From: an uncultured Candidatus Saccharibacteria bacterium
GTDB lineage: Bacteria; Patescibacteriota; Minisyncoccia; Phycocordibacterales; Phycocordibacteraceae
DNA: 64,000 nt
Reading direction: 5' to 3'
Assembly (NCBI GenBank): GCA_964391975.1
Contig: CAYMNZ010000002.1
Coordinates: forward strand, 12,708-76,707
This document shows positions 30,442-39,214 of the stretch, one piece after another. Below the pieces are notes generated by a model, which did no database searches, was not told where the DNA came from, and saw nothing but the letters and a program-made list of their open reading frames with translations. A program made the translations under genes and the position numbers. The stretch's first letter is position 1. Each line of letters begins with the position of its first letter.

Positions 30442-30712
30442 AGGAGATAACAAAATCCACAAACTCTCCGGTTGCCGGCAGGAATGTTGGCCTCACATCC
30501 TCCACCTTCGAGAACAGGGAGCCTTTCTTGAGACGCTCAATGTAGAGTTCGAGCCTTTCGCGTGGTCCTTCGGCGATAACTTCGACCATTCCGTCTGTTC
30601 GATTGCGCACATAACCTACTAATGAGAGCCCACTTCCCTTCCGTTGGGCAAAATCACGGTACATCACGCCCTGTACGCGCCCCGATACCGTGGCCTTAAG
30701 CCGTTCATTCAT
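30434..30712 (-). CDS. acyP: acylphosphatase
   Basis: VSGRVQGVMYR, GYVRNRTDGMVEVIAEG. Confidence 0.93.
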   Translation of the reverse strand: MNERLKATVSGRVQGVMYRDFAQRKGSGLSLVGYVRNRTDGMVEVIAEGPRERLELYIERLKKGSLFSKVEDVRPTFLPATGEFVDFVISYE

Positions 30713-30785
30713 ATATATAAGAACTGAGCATACGCTACGGTGGTTGCTTCCAAAACAGCGCCGGGTGCGCTATCGTCTTCACATC

Positions 30786-30858
30786 GGGCGCTTAGCTCAG
30801 TTGGTAGAGCACCCCGTTTACACCGGGATGGTCAGAGGTTCGAGTCCTCTAGCGCCCA
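30786..30858 (+). tRNA. tRNA-Val(TAC)
   Basis: GGGCGCTTAGCTCAGTTGGTAGAGC, loop TTTACAC, GGTTCGAGTCC. Confidence 0.93.
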
Positions 30859-30878
30859 CACCGTATATTGGAAGTATC

Positions 30879-31421
30879 ATGTCCGACGAAGACAAATTCA
30901 CGAGACGGAAGGTCACCGAAGCGTTGATAGCCGGAGCTGCAGCAAGCGCGCTCACGGGGGACACAGAGCAACCATGGCCACCTGCCGATGGCCTCTCCGA
31001 CCACGACATAGATCGGCTCGTGCACTGGGGCCAAGGAGCGGATGCAGACGGACGCCCGTACGGTGCCTACCAAGGTGTGCGCACTCGCATTTACGAAGCT
31101 CGCAGAGAACGCCAGAGCATCACACCCATCCTCGAGCAATTACACGCTGAACGACAGCGCATTACTCCAATGGTGATGTACGAGCATCTCCTCGATATTC
31201 TTATCGCCTACGACCACGGAAATGGGCTAACCATCGCAGAACGTCAGGGTATCTGCGAGATCGTCGCATCGTGGCCACAGCAGTTTGAAGTGAACGGCGT
31301 AACGAAGACTCGCATTAGTCTTGTCGACGGCATCGTGGGCACCGCACCCGTCATGCGCGAGCTTTTGATAAACGAAACGATTCTATCGAGAGAAGAGCTT
31401 GAACTCTTCAATCAAGGATAG
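30879..31421 (+). CDS. hypothetical protein
   Basis: 180-aa ORF filling the gap between tRNA-Val and tRNA-Leu; N-terminal TRRKVTEALIAGAAA. Confidence 0.55.
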   Translation: MSDEDKFTRRKVTEALIAGAAASALTGDTEQPWPPADGLSDHDIDRLVHWGQGADADGRPYGAYQGVRTRIYEARRERQSITPILEQLHAERQRITPMVMYEHLLDILIAYDHGNGLTIAERQGICEIVASWPQQFEVNGVTKTRISLVDGIVGTAPVMRELLINETILSREELELFNQG

Positions 31422-31503
31422 TGGGCATGAGAGGACTTGAACCTCCAAGGATTGCTCCACACGAGTCTGAGTCGTGCGCGTATACCAATTCCGCCACATG
31501 CCC
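31422..31503 (-). tRNA. tRNA-Leu(CAG)
   Basis: CACGA-CTCAGAC-TCGTG anticodon arm, long variable arm. Confidence 0.93.
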
Positions 31504-31526
31504 GCACTGCTCGCTTCCGCCAGCTG

Positions 31527-31598
31527 TGCCCCCACCAGGAATCGAACCTAGATCAACGGCTTAGAAGTCCGCTGCTTTATCCATTAAGCTATGGGGGC
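31527..31598 (-). tRNA. tRNA-Arg(TCT)
   Basis: GCCCCCATAGCTTAATGGATAAAGC, loop CTTCTAA, GGTTCGATTCC. Confidence 0.92.
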
Positions 31599-31617
31599 AA
31601 CTTCACACTACCCTGCC

Positions 31618-31917
31618 TTAGCGCGCCGGGTCAACGAATTCGTAAAAGCTGCGATATCTCGTCTCCTCCGACGCACGAATCTCGAGCACCTCACGGGCTT
31701 TAGGGAGCGCATTGAGCGCAGGCGTTGAAGCTGCCGGCGCCTCTACGGTGAAGCCCTCCCCATTCGTCACGCGGTAGAAAAGCCACGCGTTCCAAGCAAC
31801 ACTCGCGATAAGAAGGATGAGTGCAGCGGCAAGGAGCACGAACCAGTCGCGTACGGGACGAATGCGATCGCCGTAGCCAATCTTTGGAATGTGTTTTGTG
31901 AGTCCTTGGAGGTTCAT
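31618..31917 (-). CDS. small membrane protein, last gene of pilMNO-like operon
   Basis: RDWFVLL plus TM helix; ATGA overlap with the upstream gene. Confidence 0.65.
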   Translation of the reverse strand: MNLQGLTKHIPKIGYGDRIRPVRDWFVLLAAALILLIASVAWNAWLFYRVTNGEGFTVEAPAASTPALNALPKAREVLEIRASEETRYRSFYEFVDPAR

Positions 31918-32480
31918 ACGTCGAGTTCTTCCTCTACTGGGGCTGCGGTCGGAGTAGGCGGTGGCGCCACTACCCCCGCAGGGTTCATCCCCACTGAAAC
32001 CACGCCGGTTGCTGTCCACTCCCCTTCGCTGCTGGCGTTAGTGTCGAGCGTAAGGTTCATCATTGATGCATCATACGAACCAAATTCAATCGCCCCGAGT
32101 GTGCGCATGACAGAAGCGAATGAGCCGGTGGCACGGAACGAAATGGAGAGACGTGCATTGCCTGCCGGAGTCACCGATACAACCTCAACTAAACTTCCAA
32201 GCTCATCTCCGGTAGTCTCCAGGTTCTCAAGGTACGAGACGACGGTGCTCGTTGAAACGAAATAGGAACCGAAGAATGCTTCGTCCGCCACGAGTTTCGA
32301 AAGCGCAGAACGTGCGGAGGCGATGTCTGCGGCTGCCTTGTCTGCCTGCTCCGCCTGAGTCGCAAGTTCCGCCACCTCTTGCTCAAGCGCCGTCACCCGT
32401 GCGTACCAAAATACGTAGGCAGTGCCCGCAGCAGCGAGCAGCACAAGCGCAATCACCAGATGTATCAGTGACTTCTTCAT
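31914..32480 (-). CDS. PilO-like type IV pilus assembly protein
   Basis: N-terminal TM, coiled coil, ferredoxin-like segment GSFASVMRTLGAIE; position after pilM-pilN. Confidence 0.6.
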   Translation of the reverse strand: MKKSLIHLVIALVLLAAAGTAYVFWYARVTALEQEVAELATQAEQADKAAADIASARSALSKLVADEAFFGSYFVSTSTVVSYLENLETTGDELGSLVEVVSVTPAGNARLSISFRATGSFASVMRTLGAIEFGSYDASMMNLTLDTNASSEGEWTATGVVSVGMNPAGVVAPPPTPTAAPVEEELDV

Positions 32481-33043
32481 GGTGTAGGGGCAAAGGTACC
32501 GGAGAGTGTGATGGTGAACGGTATGTCGCTTTCTTTGGCATACGCACTTATGGGAAGGTCAGCGCCTGAAACCCCCGGCAATGTCGCAAGCGTGCTCTGG
32601 TAGCGCCTCAAGGCGTCACGAGACGCTGCGGTGCCAGTGACCTTCATCTGCCCCACGGCCTTCCCTGCAGGCGGCGTGAACGAGAACCCGGTAAGACTGA
32701 TGCCTGAGCGCGGCAGCGTAAGAATGGAGCGCACGCTCGCGACTGCCGACGGAGTGCCTCCAATCTTTGCGAGGTGCTCGGTCTCACTATCTAGCGCTGA
32801 GAGGCGACCAACAATCTCCTGGTCTCCCGAAGAGGCAAGACGCTCAGCAATTGCATCAAGACGACCCTGCTCAAGAGATTTTGATTGCTGCAGGTTGAAG
32901 TAGGCAGGGGCGAGCAGGATGCCGTGAATAACGATAAGCAGCGAAAGGATGAGCGCGGTTATCGTGCCTAGACGAAAGAAGTAGTCGTTCTGAAATGCTC
33001 GACGACGCTCATCCGGGAGTAGGCGAATAAGTTTGGTAATCAT
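32477..33043 (-). CDS. PilN-like type IV pilus assembly protein
   Basis: IRLLP, TM, VTGTAASRDAL..Y..TL. Confidence 0.7.
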   Translation of the reverse strand: MITKLIRLLPDERRRAFQNDYFFRLGTITALILSLLIVIHGILLAPAYFNLQQSKSLEQGRLDAIAERLASSGDQEIVGRLSALDSETEHLAKIGGTPSAVASVRSILTLPRSGISLTGFSFTPPAGKAVGQMKVTGTAASRDALRRYQSTLATLPGVSGADLPISAYAKESDIPFTITLSGTFAPTP

Positions 33044-34122
33044 GGTACGTGTTGCCGAAGCGCGAGCCCAATAGCGGTTCCATACGCAAGTGACTGCATG
33101 TAATCAAGCGGTGGAAGCCAGTCATCGCGTGAGGCAAGATTTACAAACACGTCGCCGAGCTCAACAGGGAGCTTGAAGCCGGCCTCAAGATATTCTGGAA
33201 GGCCACGCACCGTTGCATTGCCCCCTACGAGAATGGCCCGCGTGACCGGATCGTTGCCGCTTTCTTTCGCATGCGACTGCCAGTAGTCGAGGCGCTGCCC
33301 AATCTCCTCGCGAATCACCGCTGCAGTTGAAAGCATGGCTGCCACATACTCTTCTCCCTCACTTCCAGAGACGATGCCCTTCTCTGCTTTAATCTTGCGC
33401 GCTTCTTCTTCTGAAACACCAAAATGTTTTTCAATGGCGAGCGTAAGCGCATGCCCGCCAATGTCGAGCGTCGTTGCAAGCCGAGGAATGCGGGCAGTAA
33501 CAATGAGGAGCTTGGTGGTGGTCTTACCAATATCAATGATGAGTACCGTCTCGGTGTCTCCGTGCTGGAGCAAGGCGCGCGGGAGCGCAAAGTTCTCGCT
33601 CTCCACTCCGCGAACGGTAATGCCCGCTTCTTCGAGCGCAGAAACTGATTCCTCAATCACACGGCGCGCGTACCCGATGCCAGCTACACGAACTGCCCCC
33701 TTCCCTTCCTTGAGCGGAACAATATCGAACATCACCTCTGCTGGGGGAATCGGTACGTACTCATCAATGTGCGCCTCTATTGAAGTCCTTCGAGCTGCGT
33801 CGGTGTCGCCTTCTGCATCTGCTTCAAAGAGGTAGCCACGCGATTCCGGGAGCGCGATATTGGCAAAGTGAATGCTGTGCTTTTTTGCGAGCGTCTTGAG
33901 CCCTGAGACAACCGCTGCGCGGTCGGCAATTTCACCGTTAGCGACCGCCCCGAGTGCAAGATGTTCTTCACCGAAGCCAGAGAGTTCAAGACCATCGGCG
34001 TGCTCTGTAAGAAAGGCAATCTTAATGCCACTCGTTGAGATGTCGACGCCCGCAGTTGGGAGCGCGAGGTAGCCGGGAGGTGCAAGCTCCACGCGCGCAA
34101 ATCGAGCGAGCGATCCTTTCAT
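33040..34122 (-). CDS. pilM: type IV pilus assembly protein PilM (actin-like)
   Basis: GVDISTSGIK, IIDIGKTTT, IGGHALT, LVGGNA, AIGLALR. Confidence 0.88.
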   Translation of the reverse strand: MKGSLARFARVELAPPGYLALPTAGVDISTSGIKIAFLTEHADGLELSGFGEEHLALGAVANGEIADRAAVVSGLKTLAKKHSIHFANIALPESRGYLFEADAEGDTDAARRTSIEAHIDEYVPIPPAEVMFDIVPLKEGKGAVRVAGIGYARRVIEESVSALEEAGITVRGVESENFALPRALLQHGDTETVLIIDIGKTTTKLLIVTARIPRLATTLDIGGHALTLAIEKHFGVSEEEARKIKAEKGIVSGSEGEEYVAAMLSTAAVIREEIGQRLDYWQSHAKESGNDPVTRAILVGGNATVRGLPEYLEAGFKLPVELGDVFVNLASRDDWLPPLDYMQSLAYGTAIGLALRQHVP

Positions 34123-34144
34123 CCCTATGAGTATAGCAAAGGGA

Positions 34145-34471
34145 TTAGTGCGCTCCGGTTCCTGGAGGCACTTGTTTGTGAGGAGTGAGGAACGCGAACG
34201 AGTCACCCTCGCCTACCGCAAAGAGCATGCCGTTGCTTTCGAGTCCTTTAATAGTTCTCGGTTCGAGGTTGGTCACAAAGGAGAGTTGCTTACCCACGAG
34301 CTCCTCAGGGTCAGTAACATACATATTGATACCCGAGACTATCTGGCGTGGGGACTCTTCCCCGAGGTCCACCATAAGCCGCAGGAGCTTGTCGGTTTCG
34401 GGTACGCGTTCAGCCGAAAGCACGGTGCCTACCTTTATTTCTGCTTTCTTTAAATCTTCAAGCGTTATCAT
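34145..34471 (-). CDS. stand-alone tRNA-binding OB protein (MetRS C-terminal / Trbp111 / CsaA-like)
   Basis: IKVGTVLSAERVPETDKLLRLMVDLGE..RQIVSGI, NLEPR..GLESNGML. Confidence 0.9.
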   Translation of the reverse strand: MITLEDLKKAEIKVGTVLSAERVPETDKLLRLMVDLGEESPRQIVSGINMYVTDPEELVGKQLSFVTNLEPRTIKGLESNGMLFAVGEGDSFAFLTPHKQVPPGTGAH

Positions 34472-34856
34472 GGGCTTCAATATAGTGGGTAAGGATAAGC
34501 GCTGCAGCGGAGGCGTCAACGGTACCACCTGAAACACGCGAGCCGTCGGGCATACGACGAGCTTCTTCGGTAGTCAGTACCTCGGGCATGAAGTGGAGCG
34601 GGATGCCTGCCTTCTCCGCTAGTGCTTCGGCAAACGCGCGAGCAGGTTTGGCGACCGCATTCTCCTCCCCTTGGTAGTTCATGGACTCTCCCACAACAAT
34701 TGCTCCCGCTCCTTCTTTCTGTATGAGGGCGAGAACGGTGTTCATGAGCTTCCCGTCGTTCGGCACCACTGAGTGTGGAAATCCCATGCGACCAGCGTCG
34801 TCCGTGAGCGCGAGGCCTATCTTGCGCATGCCGAAATCAATTCCCAGGTACTTCAT
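34458..34856 (-). CDS. ruvX: Holliday junction resolvase-like / pre-16S maturation nuclease YqgF
   Basis: YLGIDFGMRKIGLALTD, EVLTTEEA, VDASAAALIL. Confidence 0.9.
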   Translation of the reverse strand: MKYLGIDFGMRKIGLALTDDAGRMGFPHSVVPNDGKLMNTVLALIQKEGAGAIVVGESMNYQGEENAVAKPARAFAEALAEKAGIPLHFMPEVLTTEEARRMPDGSRVSGGTVDASAAALILTHYIEAHDNA

Positions 34857-34880
34857 ATGCTGATGGTATACTCTACCTCT

Positions 34881-35162
34881 ATGTATAGTCCATTCGGCGC
34901 AGAGATGTTCCCTTTCATGGGTGCGTTCGCAGGACTCTTTGTTGTCGTCATGCTCTGGACCTTGGTCTGGAAAGGTATCGCGCTCTGGCGCGCCGCTAAG
35001 AACGGTCAGGTCCTTTGGTTTGTCGCGTTTCTCCTCATTCACACGGCAGGCATCCTCGAGATTGTGTACCTCGTGTGGTTCCGTAAGGATCGGGCTACTG
35101 TTCCCTTCCGCTCACTTTTCGTGTACAAAGCCTCTACGGCGCCTGAGTCATCAGCGCTGTAG
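34881..35162 (+). CDS. small membrane protein (DUF5652-like)
   Basis: WTLVWKGIALWRAAKNGQ..WF..HTAGILEIVYL. Confidence 0.75.
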   Translation: MYSPFGAEMFPFMGAFAGLFVVVMLWTLVWKGIALWRAAKNGQVLWFVAFLLIHTAGILEIVYLVWFRKDRATVPFRSLFVYKASTAPESSAL

Positions 35163-35166
35163 ATTG

Positions 35167-35251
35167 GGAGGAGTGGCAGAGTGGTCTATCGCACCTGTCT
35201 TGAAAACAGGAGTGCCGCAAGGTACCGTGAGTTCGAATCTCACCTCCTCCG
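35167..35251 (+). tRNA. tRNA-Ser(TGA)
   Basis: GGAGGAGTGGCAGAGTGG, CCTGT-CTTGAAA-ACAGG, long variable arm. Confidence 0.94.
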
Positions 35252-35253
35252 CA

Positions 35254-36114
35254 CTAGTTCGCCGGAACGTTAAAATACCCCACGAGTTCGTCCTCAATGT
35301 GGTAGTGGTGTAGCTGTTTATTGAATCTGTTTTCGATAGGAATCTGTATTGGATGGAACCCAGGCTTGAAGTACAAGAGCCAGTACTTGACCACCAGATA
35401 GTAAACGCCTTTCTTCCCAAGAAGGTACGGCAGCCCTGTTTGCCACATGCTCCATTTCCACAGGAGTTTTTTCTTTACGAGAAAATCTATGAGGCAAGGA
35501 ATATGTGTGGACAGAAAGAGTAGGCTCACAAACGCTCCGATGCTTACGCGAAGAAAGTATCCACCGCCGAGCGCACGATAGAGGTCCATTGCCGTTGAGC
35601 GGTGTTCCATCTCTTCAATACAGTGCCAGCTCCATATGCGATCCATGCGTTCGTCCGTGTCTTCTCCCTCAAGTACACCCACTTCTATAACCTGTTTCGA
35701 GAAAATGGCAGTGAAATGTTCAATGATGGTGCAGGTCACGAGCCGCATCTTGAGCGTAAATATCCTTTCAAAGAACAGCAGCAGGACCTTGGTTTCTGCG
35801 ACATGCTTTGAGGCAGGAAGTCCCTGGGAATCCAAGTAGCGATTATAGGCGTCGTGCATCGCAGCATGAGCGAGCTCCTCGTGTATGAGAATCTCTGCCT
35901 GCTTCTTGAGCACGGGGTCACTTACCAGTTTCTGCGCGTCTTCTACCGCACGCACGATGAATCGCTCTCCTTCAGGCACTGTTGCGGAGCTCGCATTAAA
36001 GGCGAAGGTGAGAAGCGCGTTGTCCTTACACCACCATTCTTGAATGGGCACCCGGTCCCGGGTCAATTTGAGCGCCGCCTGTCGTTCCCGCTCATTTATG
36101 ACCGCTTCCTCCAT
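35254..36114 (-). CDS. 'metal-dependent hydrolase' family (PF10118-like) putative di-iron protein
   Basis: PEGERFIVRAV, HEELAHAAMH, EHFTA, WHCIEEMEHRSTAMDLY, YFKPGFHP. Confidence 0.82.
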   Translation of the reverse strand: MEEAVINERERQAALKLTRDRVPIQEWWCKDNALLTFAFNASSATVPEGERFIVRAVEDAQKLVSDPVLKKQAEILIHEELAHAAMHDAYNRYLDSQGLPASKHVAETKVLLLFFERIFTLKMRLVTCTIIEHFTAIFSKQVIEVGVLEGEDTDERMDRIWSWHCIEEMEHRSTAMDLYRALGGGYFLRVSIGAFVSLLFLSTHIPCLIDFLVKKKLLWKWSMWQTGLPYLLGKKGVYYLVVKYWLLYFKPGFHPIQIPIENRFNKQLHHYHIEDELVGYFNVPAN

Positions 36115-36180
36115 ATAGAGAAAGTATAGCGTGCCGCTCCCCTCCCTCATCAAGATGAAGGCGTTGTGGTACCATAGGTC

Positions 36181-37713
36181 ATGATTGTTGTTCTCAACTA
36201 CGGGAGCCAATTCGCCCACCTTATAGCCAGGCGCGTACGCGACCTTGGGGTTCGTGCCGAAATTCTCCCCGGGGACGCCTCCATTGCTGCTATTCAGAAG
36301 CTCAATCCAGCCGGCATCATTCTCTCCGGTGGTCCTAAGTCTGTGCTTGAGAAGGGAGCTCCCCTTCCAGACAAAGGCGTCTTCACCCTCGGCGTCCCGG
36401 TACTCGGTATCTGCTACGGCCACCAGGCCATGGCACATATGCTCGGCGGTAAGGTAACGCTCGGGAAAGAGCGCGAGTTCGGAAAGGAGACCATTAAGGT
36501 CACCTCGAAGAAGGGCGTGCTCAAAGGACTCGCTGCAAGCGAAGTCGTATGGTTCTCGCACGGCGACCAGGCAACCAAACTTCCGAAGGGCTTCAAGCCA
36601 ACTGCCTCCACCTCCACCTGCCGCTACGCGGGATTTATTGATGAGAAGCGCCACTTCTACGGCATCCAGTTCCATCCGGAGGTAACGCATACAAAGAAGG
36701 GAAAGAAGATTCTTGAGAACTTCGTCTTCGACATCGTGCGCGCAAAGAAGGATTGGAAGATTTCTAAGGTCGGCGAAAAGATTATCGCGGATGTGAAAGC
36801 AGAAGTTGGTAAGGACCACGTGTTGGTAGGTATTTCAGGTGGCGTTGATTCTCTTGTTGCGGCGACACTCATTCACCGCGCAATCGGCAACCAACTCCAC
36901 GCCGTCTTTGTCGACACCGGCATGCTACGCAAGGGAGAAGTTGAGCAAGTCTCAACGTATCTTAAGAAGCACGGTTTCAAGGGGCTCCATGTGGTGGATG
37001 CCTCAAGGACCTTCCTCACGCGCCTTAAGGGTGTTACTGACCCCGAGCAGAAACGCCGCATCATCGGTCACACCTTCGTTGAGGTGTTCGAGAAAGCAAT
37101 TGAGGAAGAGCTCTCTGACTTCCCTATCAAGTACCTAGCGCAGGGCACCATCTACCCGGACCGCATCGAGAGCGCAGCAACCGGCAAGCAAGCGTCAAAG
37201 ATTAAGAGCCACCACAACCTTACCCTTCCCGAGCGCTTCGGTCTCAAGGTTCTTGAGCCAATCAAGGATTTGTATAAGGACGAGGTACGCCGTGTTGGCC
37301 TCACCCTTGAGTTGCCTAAGGAACTTATCTGGCGCCACCCGTTCCCAGGTCCAGGACTTGCCATCCGCATCGTCGGCGAAGTTACCCCCGAGCGCCTTTC
37401 CATACTGCGCGAAGCAGACGCTGTGTATATAGAGGAACTGAAGAAAGCCGGGGAGTACGAGAAGATTTGGCAGGCCTTTGCTGCACTCCTTCCACTTAAG
37501 GTAGTGGGCGTTATGGGGGACGCGCGCACCTACGAGTACGTGCTCGCCCTTCGCGCCGTTGATTCAGTCGACGGCATGAGCGCCGACTGGCACAAGATGC
37601 CACCGGAACTCATGGAGCGCATCTCAAGCGCCATCGTGGGCAAAGTACGTGGCGTCAACCGCATTCTCTACGACGTTACCCAGAAGCCGCCAGCAACGAT
37701 TGAGTACGAATAG
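36181..37713 (+). CDS. guaA: GMP synthase (glutamine-hydrolysing)
   Basis: GSQFAHLIARRVR, GICYGHQ, QFHPEV, SGGVDS, RHPFPGPGLAIR, KPPATIEYE. Confidence 0.97.
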   Translation: MIVVLNYGSQFAHLIARRVRDLGVRAEILPGDASIAAIQKLNPAGIILSGGPKSVLEKGAPLPDKGVFTLGVPVLGICYGHQAMAHMLGGKVTLGKEREFGKETIKVTSKKGVLKGLAASEVVWFSHGDQATKLPKGFKPTASTSTCRYAGFIDEKRHFYGIQFHPEVTHTKKGKKILENFVFDIVRAKKDWKISKVGEKIIADVKAEVGKDHVLVGISGGVDSLVAATLIHRAIGNQLHAVFVDTGMLRKGEVEQVSTYLKKHGFKGLHVVDASRTFLTRLKGVTDPEQKRRIIGHTFVEVFEKAIEEELSDFPIKYLAQGTIYPDRIESAATGKQASKIKSHHNLTLPERFGLKVLEPIKDLYKDEVRRVGLTLELPKELIWRHPFPGPGLAIRIVGEVTPERLSILREADAVYIEELKKAGEYEKIWQAFAALLPLKVVGVMGDARTYEYVLALRAVDSVDGMSADWHKMPPELMERISSAIVGKVRGVNRILYDVTQKPPATIEYE

Positions 37714-37754
37714 ACCCCTTCCACGCTAGCGGAGGTGGTATCATGAGGTGAGTT

Positions 37755-38228
37755 ATGGCACGCGCCATCATCTATGAATGGGAGGGCCGCGAGTACGAGT
37801 TCGGCGAGAAAGGCGCTGACTGGTATTGGGCACTCGGTATCATCGCGACTGCTGCGGTGGTTGCCTGCATTCTCTTCAACAACATTCTGCTAGCGCTGGT
37901 GATTGCTACCGGTGCAGGAGCCGTTGCTGTACGCACCGCTCGCCACCCGCGCATACATCGCTTCTCAGTGCGTGAGGAAGGTGTCGCCATTGATGACACG
38001 CTCTATCTCTACGCAGACATGCTCCACTTCTCGGTCCTCGAGTACATAGAGAAAGACCTGCCGCCTGCGCTCTCTATAAAGACCCGCCACGTACTCTCCC
38101 CTCACCTTCTCGTTCCTATTGTTGGGCACGACCCACTCAAGGTGTACACCTACATCAGCCAGCATGTACCGGAAGGCAACCACGAGCATTCCATTGTCGA
38201 TCGTCTCATAGAATCGATGCGGCTCTAA
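37755..38228 (+). CDS. conserved hypothetical membrane protein
   Basis: WEGREY..K.ADWYW followed by two TMs. Confidence 0.7.
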   Translation: MARAIIYEWEGREYEFGEKGADWYWALGIIATAAVVACILFNNILLALVIATGAGAVAVRTARHPRIHRFSVREEGVAIDDTLYLYADMLHFSVLEYIEKDLPPALSIKTRHVLSPHLLVPIVGHDPLKVYTYISQHVPEGNHEHSIVDRLIESMRL

Positions 38229-38270
38229 TCCTTGCGGAAGCTCGCGAAGGGCGATAGAGTCAGGCCTATT

Positions 38271-38342
38271 GCTCCCGTCGTTCAATGGATAGGACGCATC
38301 CTTGCGGAGGATGTAATGTAGGTTCGATTCCTACCGGGAGCA
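38271..38342 (+). tRNA. tRNA-Arg(GCG)
   Basis: CATCC-TTGCGGA-GGATG anticodon arm; promoter TTGCGG-N17-TAGAGT upstream. Confidence 0.9.
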
Positions 38343-38345
38343 CTA

Positions 38346-39152
38346 CTAGATGGTTTTTAAGAACGCGTTCGTGTCAGCTGCTTCTGGTGGCACCGGTTCA
38401 GAAACGCTCCATACGATATCGAAATTCGCCTTAATAAGGGAAGCAAAGTTGCTACTCTGCACTACGAATCCGAACCCTTCTTTCTTCGAAGAAACGAAGA
38501 TGACCTTATCAAGGTAGAGCCAGTAGCTCATCTGCCACTTGATGCCGCGCGGTGCGATTCTTCGTTCGCGCAGATGCTTCTTCCCAACTCCAATGAAGGG
38601 GTATTTCTTCTGATCAGCTGACTCCCCTCGCGGCCATATACTTTTTACCGAGATGTTTCGGCGAATACGCTTACGATTGAATTCCTCAAGGAACTCCGCA
38701 CCAAGTATTTCCACCATGTCATGGGTTGGCCACATGGTGTACGTCTCAATATCGTCATGCCAGAGCATCTCGTTGAGTATTTTCTTAATGTTATCTGCAC
38801 CCGAATAGGATTTGATGCGTGGGACACTCACTTCGTCTTCGCTGGCATACTTTGGTAAGAGTTTCGCAATTGTTTCGCTTTCCTTAGTAAACGACTCAAT
38901 GTTCCCCTGGATGTAGCCCATGAGCTGGGCTGGGTCCTCGACGTGGAACATCTTCTTATTGTCCTCCCCCATTTCCGTCACGAGCCCGTGGTTAATGAGG
39001 AGTTTGAGGTGGTCATAGACCGAAGGGCGCGAGATATCGAGGTACTCAGCCAGCTGGCGTGCTGATGCTTTCTTTATCTCAAGGAGACGCAAGTAGAGTC
39101 TCGCTGCGTTCTCGCTGAGGCCGATGTTGATGAGTGATTGCTGCAGATCCAT
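38346..39152 (-). CDS. TrmB-family transcriptional regulator (wHTH plus effector domain)
   Basis: IGLSENAARLYLRLL..ASARQLAEYLDISRPSVYDHLKLLINHGLV; YLDKVIFVS. Confidence 0.85.
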   Translation of the reverse strand: MDLQQSLINIGLSENAARLYLRLLEIKKASARQLAEYLDISRPSVYDHLKLLINHGLVTEMGEDNKKMFHVEDPAQLMGYIQGNIESFTKESETIAKLLPKYASEDEVSVPRIKSYSGADNIKKILNEMLWHDDIETYTMWPTHDMVEILGAEFLEEFNRKRIRRNISVKSIWPRGESADQKKYPFIGVGKKHLRERRIAPRGIKWQMSYWLYLDKVIFVSSKKEGFGFVVQSSNFASLIKANFDIVWSVSEPVPPEAADTNAFLKTI

Positions 39153-39214
39153 AGTTTGTCGCTTTTCGACGACAGTCTGACACAAATTAGGCCGAAGTCT
39201 ACTATCACGAATCT

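Noticed and set aside
30690-30878. Extension of the ORF through tRNA-Val
   Set aside because: Reads through a clear tRNA; start reassigned to 30879
34145-34471. Split or pseudogenised metG
   Set aside because: A short MetRS plus a free-standing tRNA-binding OB protein is a common arrangement; both frames are intact
36115-36819. N-terminal extension making a 521-aa ORF
   Set aside because: Antisense to guaA; family similarity and a TATACT-8-ATG box place the start at 36114
38228-38308. 11-nt repeat ATCCTTGCGGA upstream of and inside tRNA-Arg(GCG), as a possible att site
   Set aside because: The upstream copy is explained as the -35 box (TTGCGG-N17-TAGAGT) of the tRNA promoter; no integrase nearby
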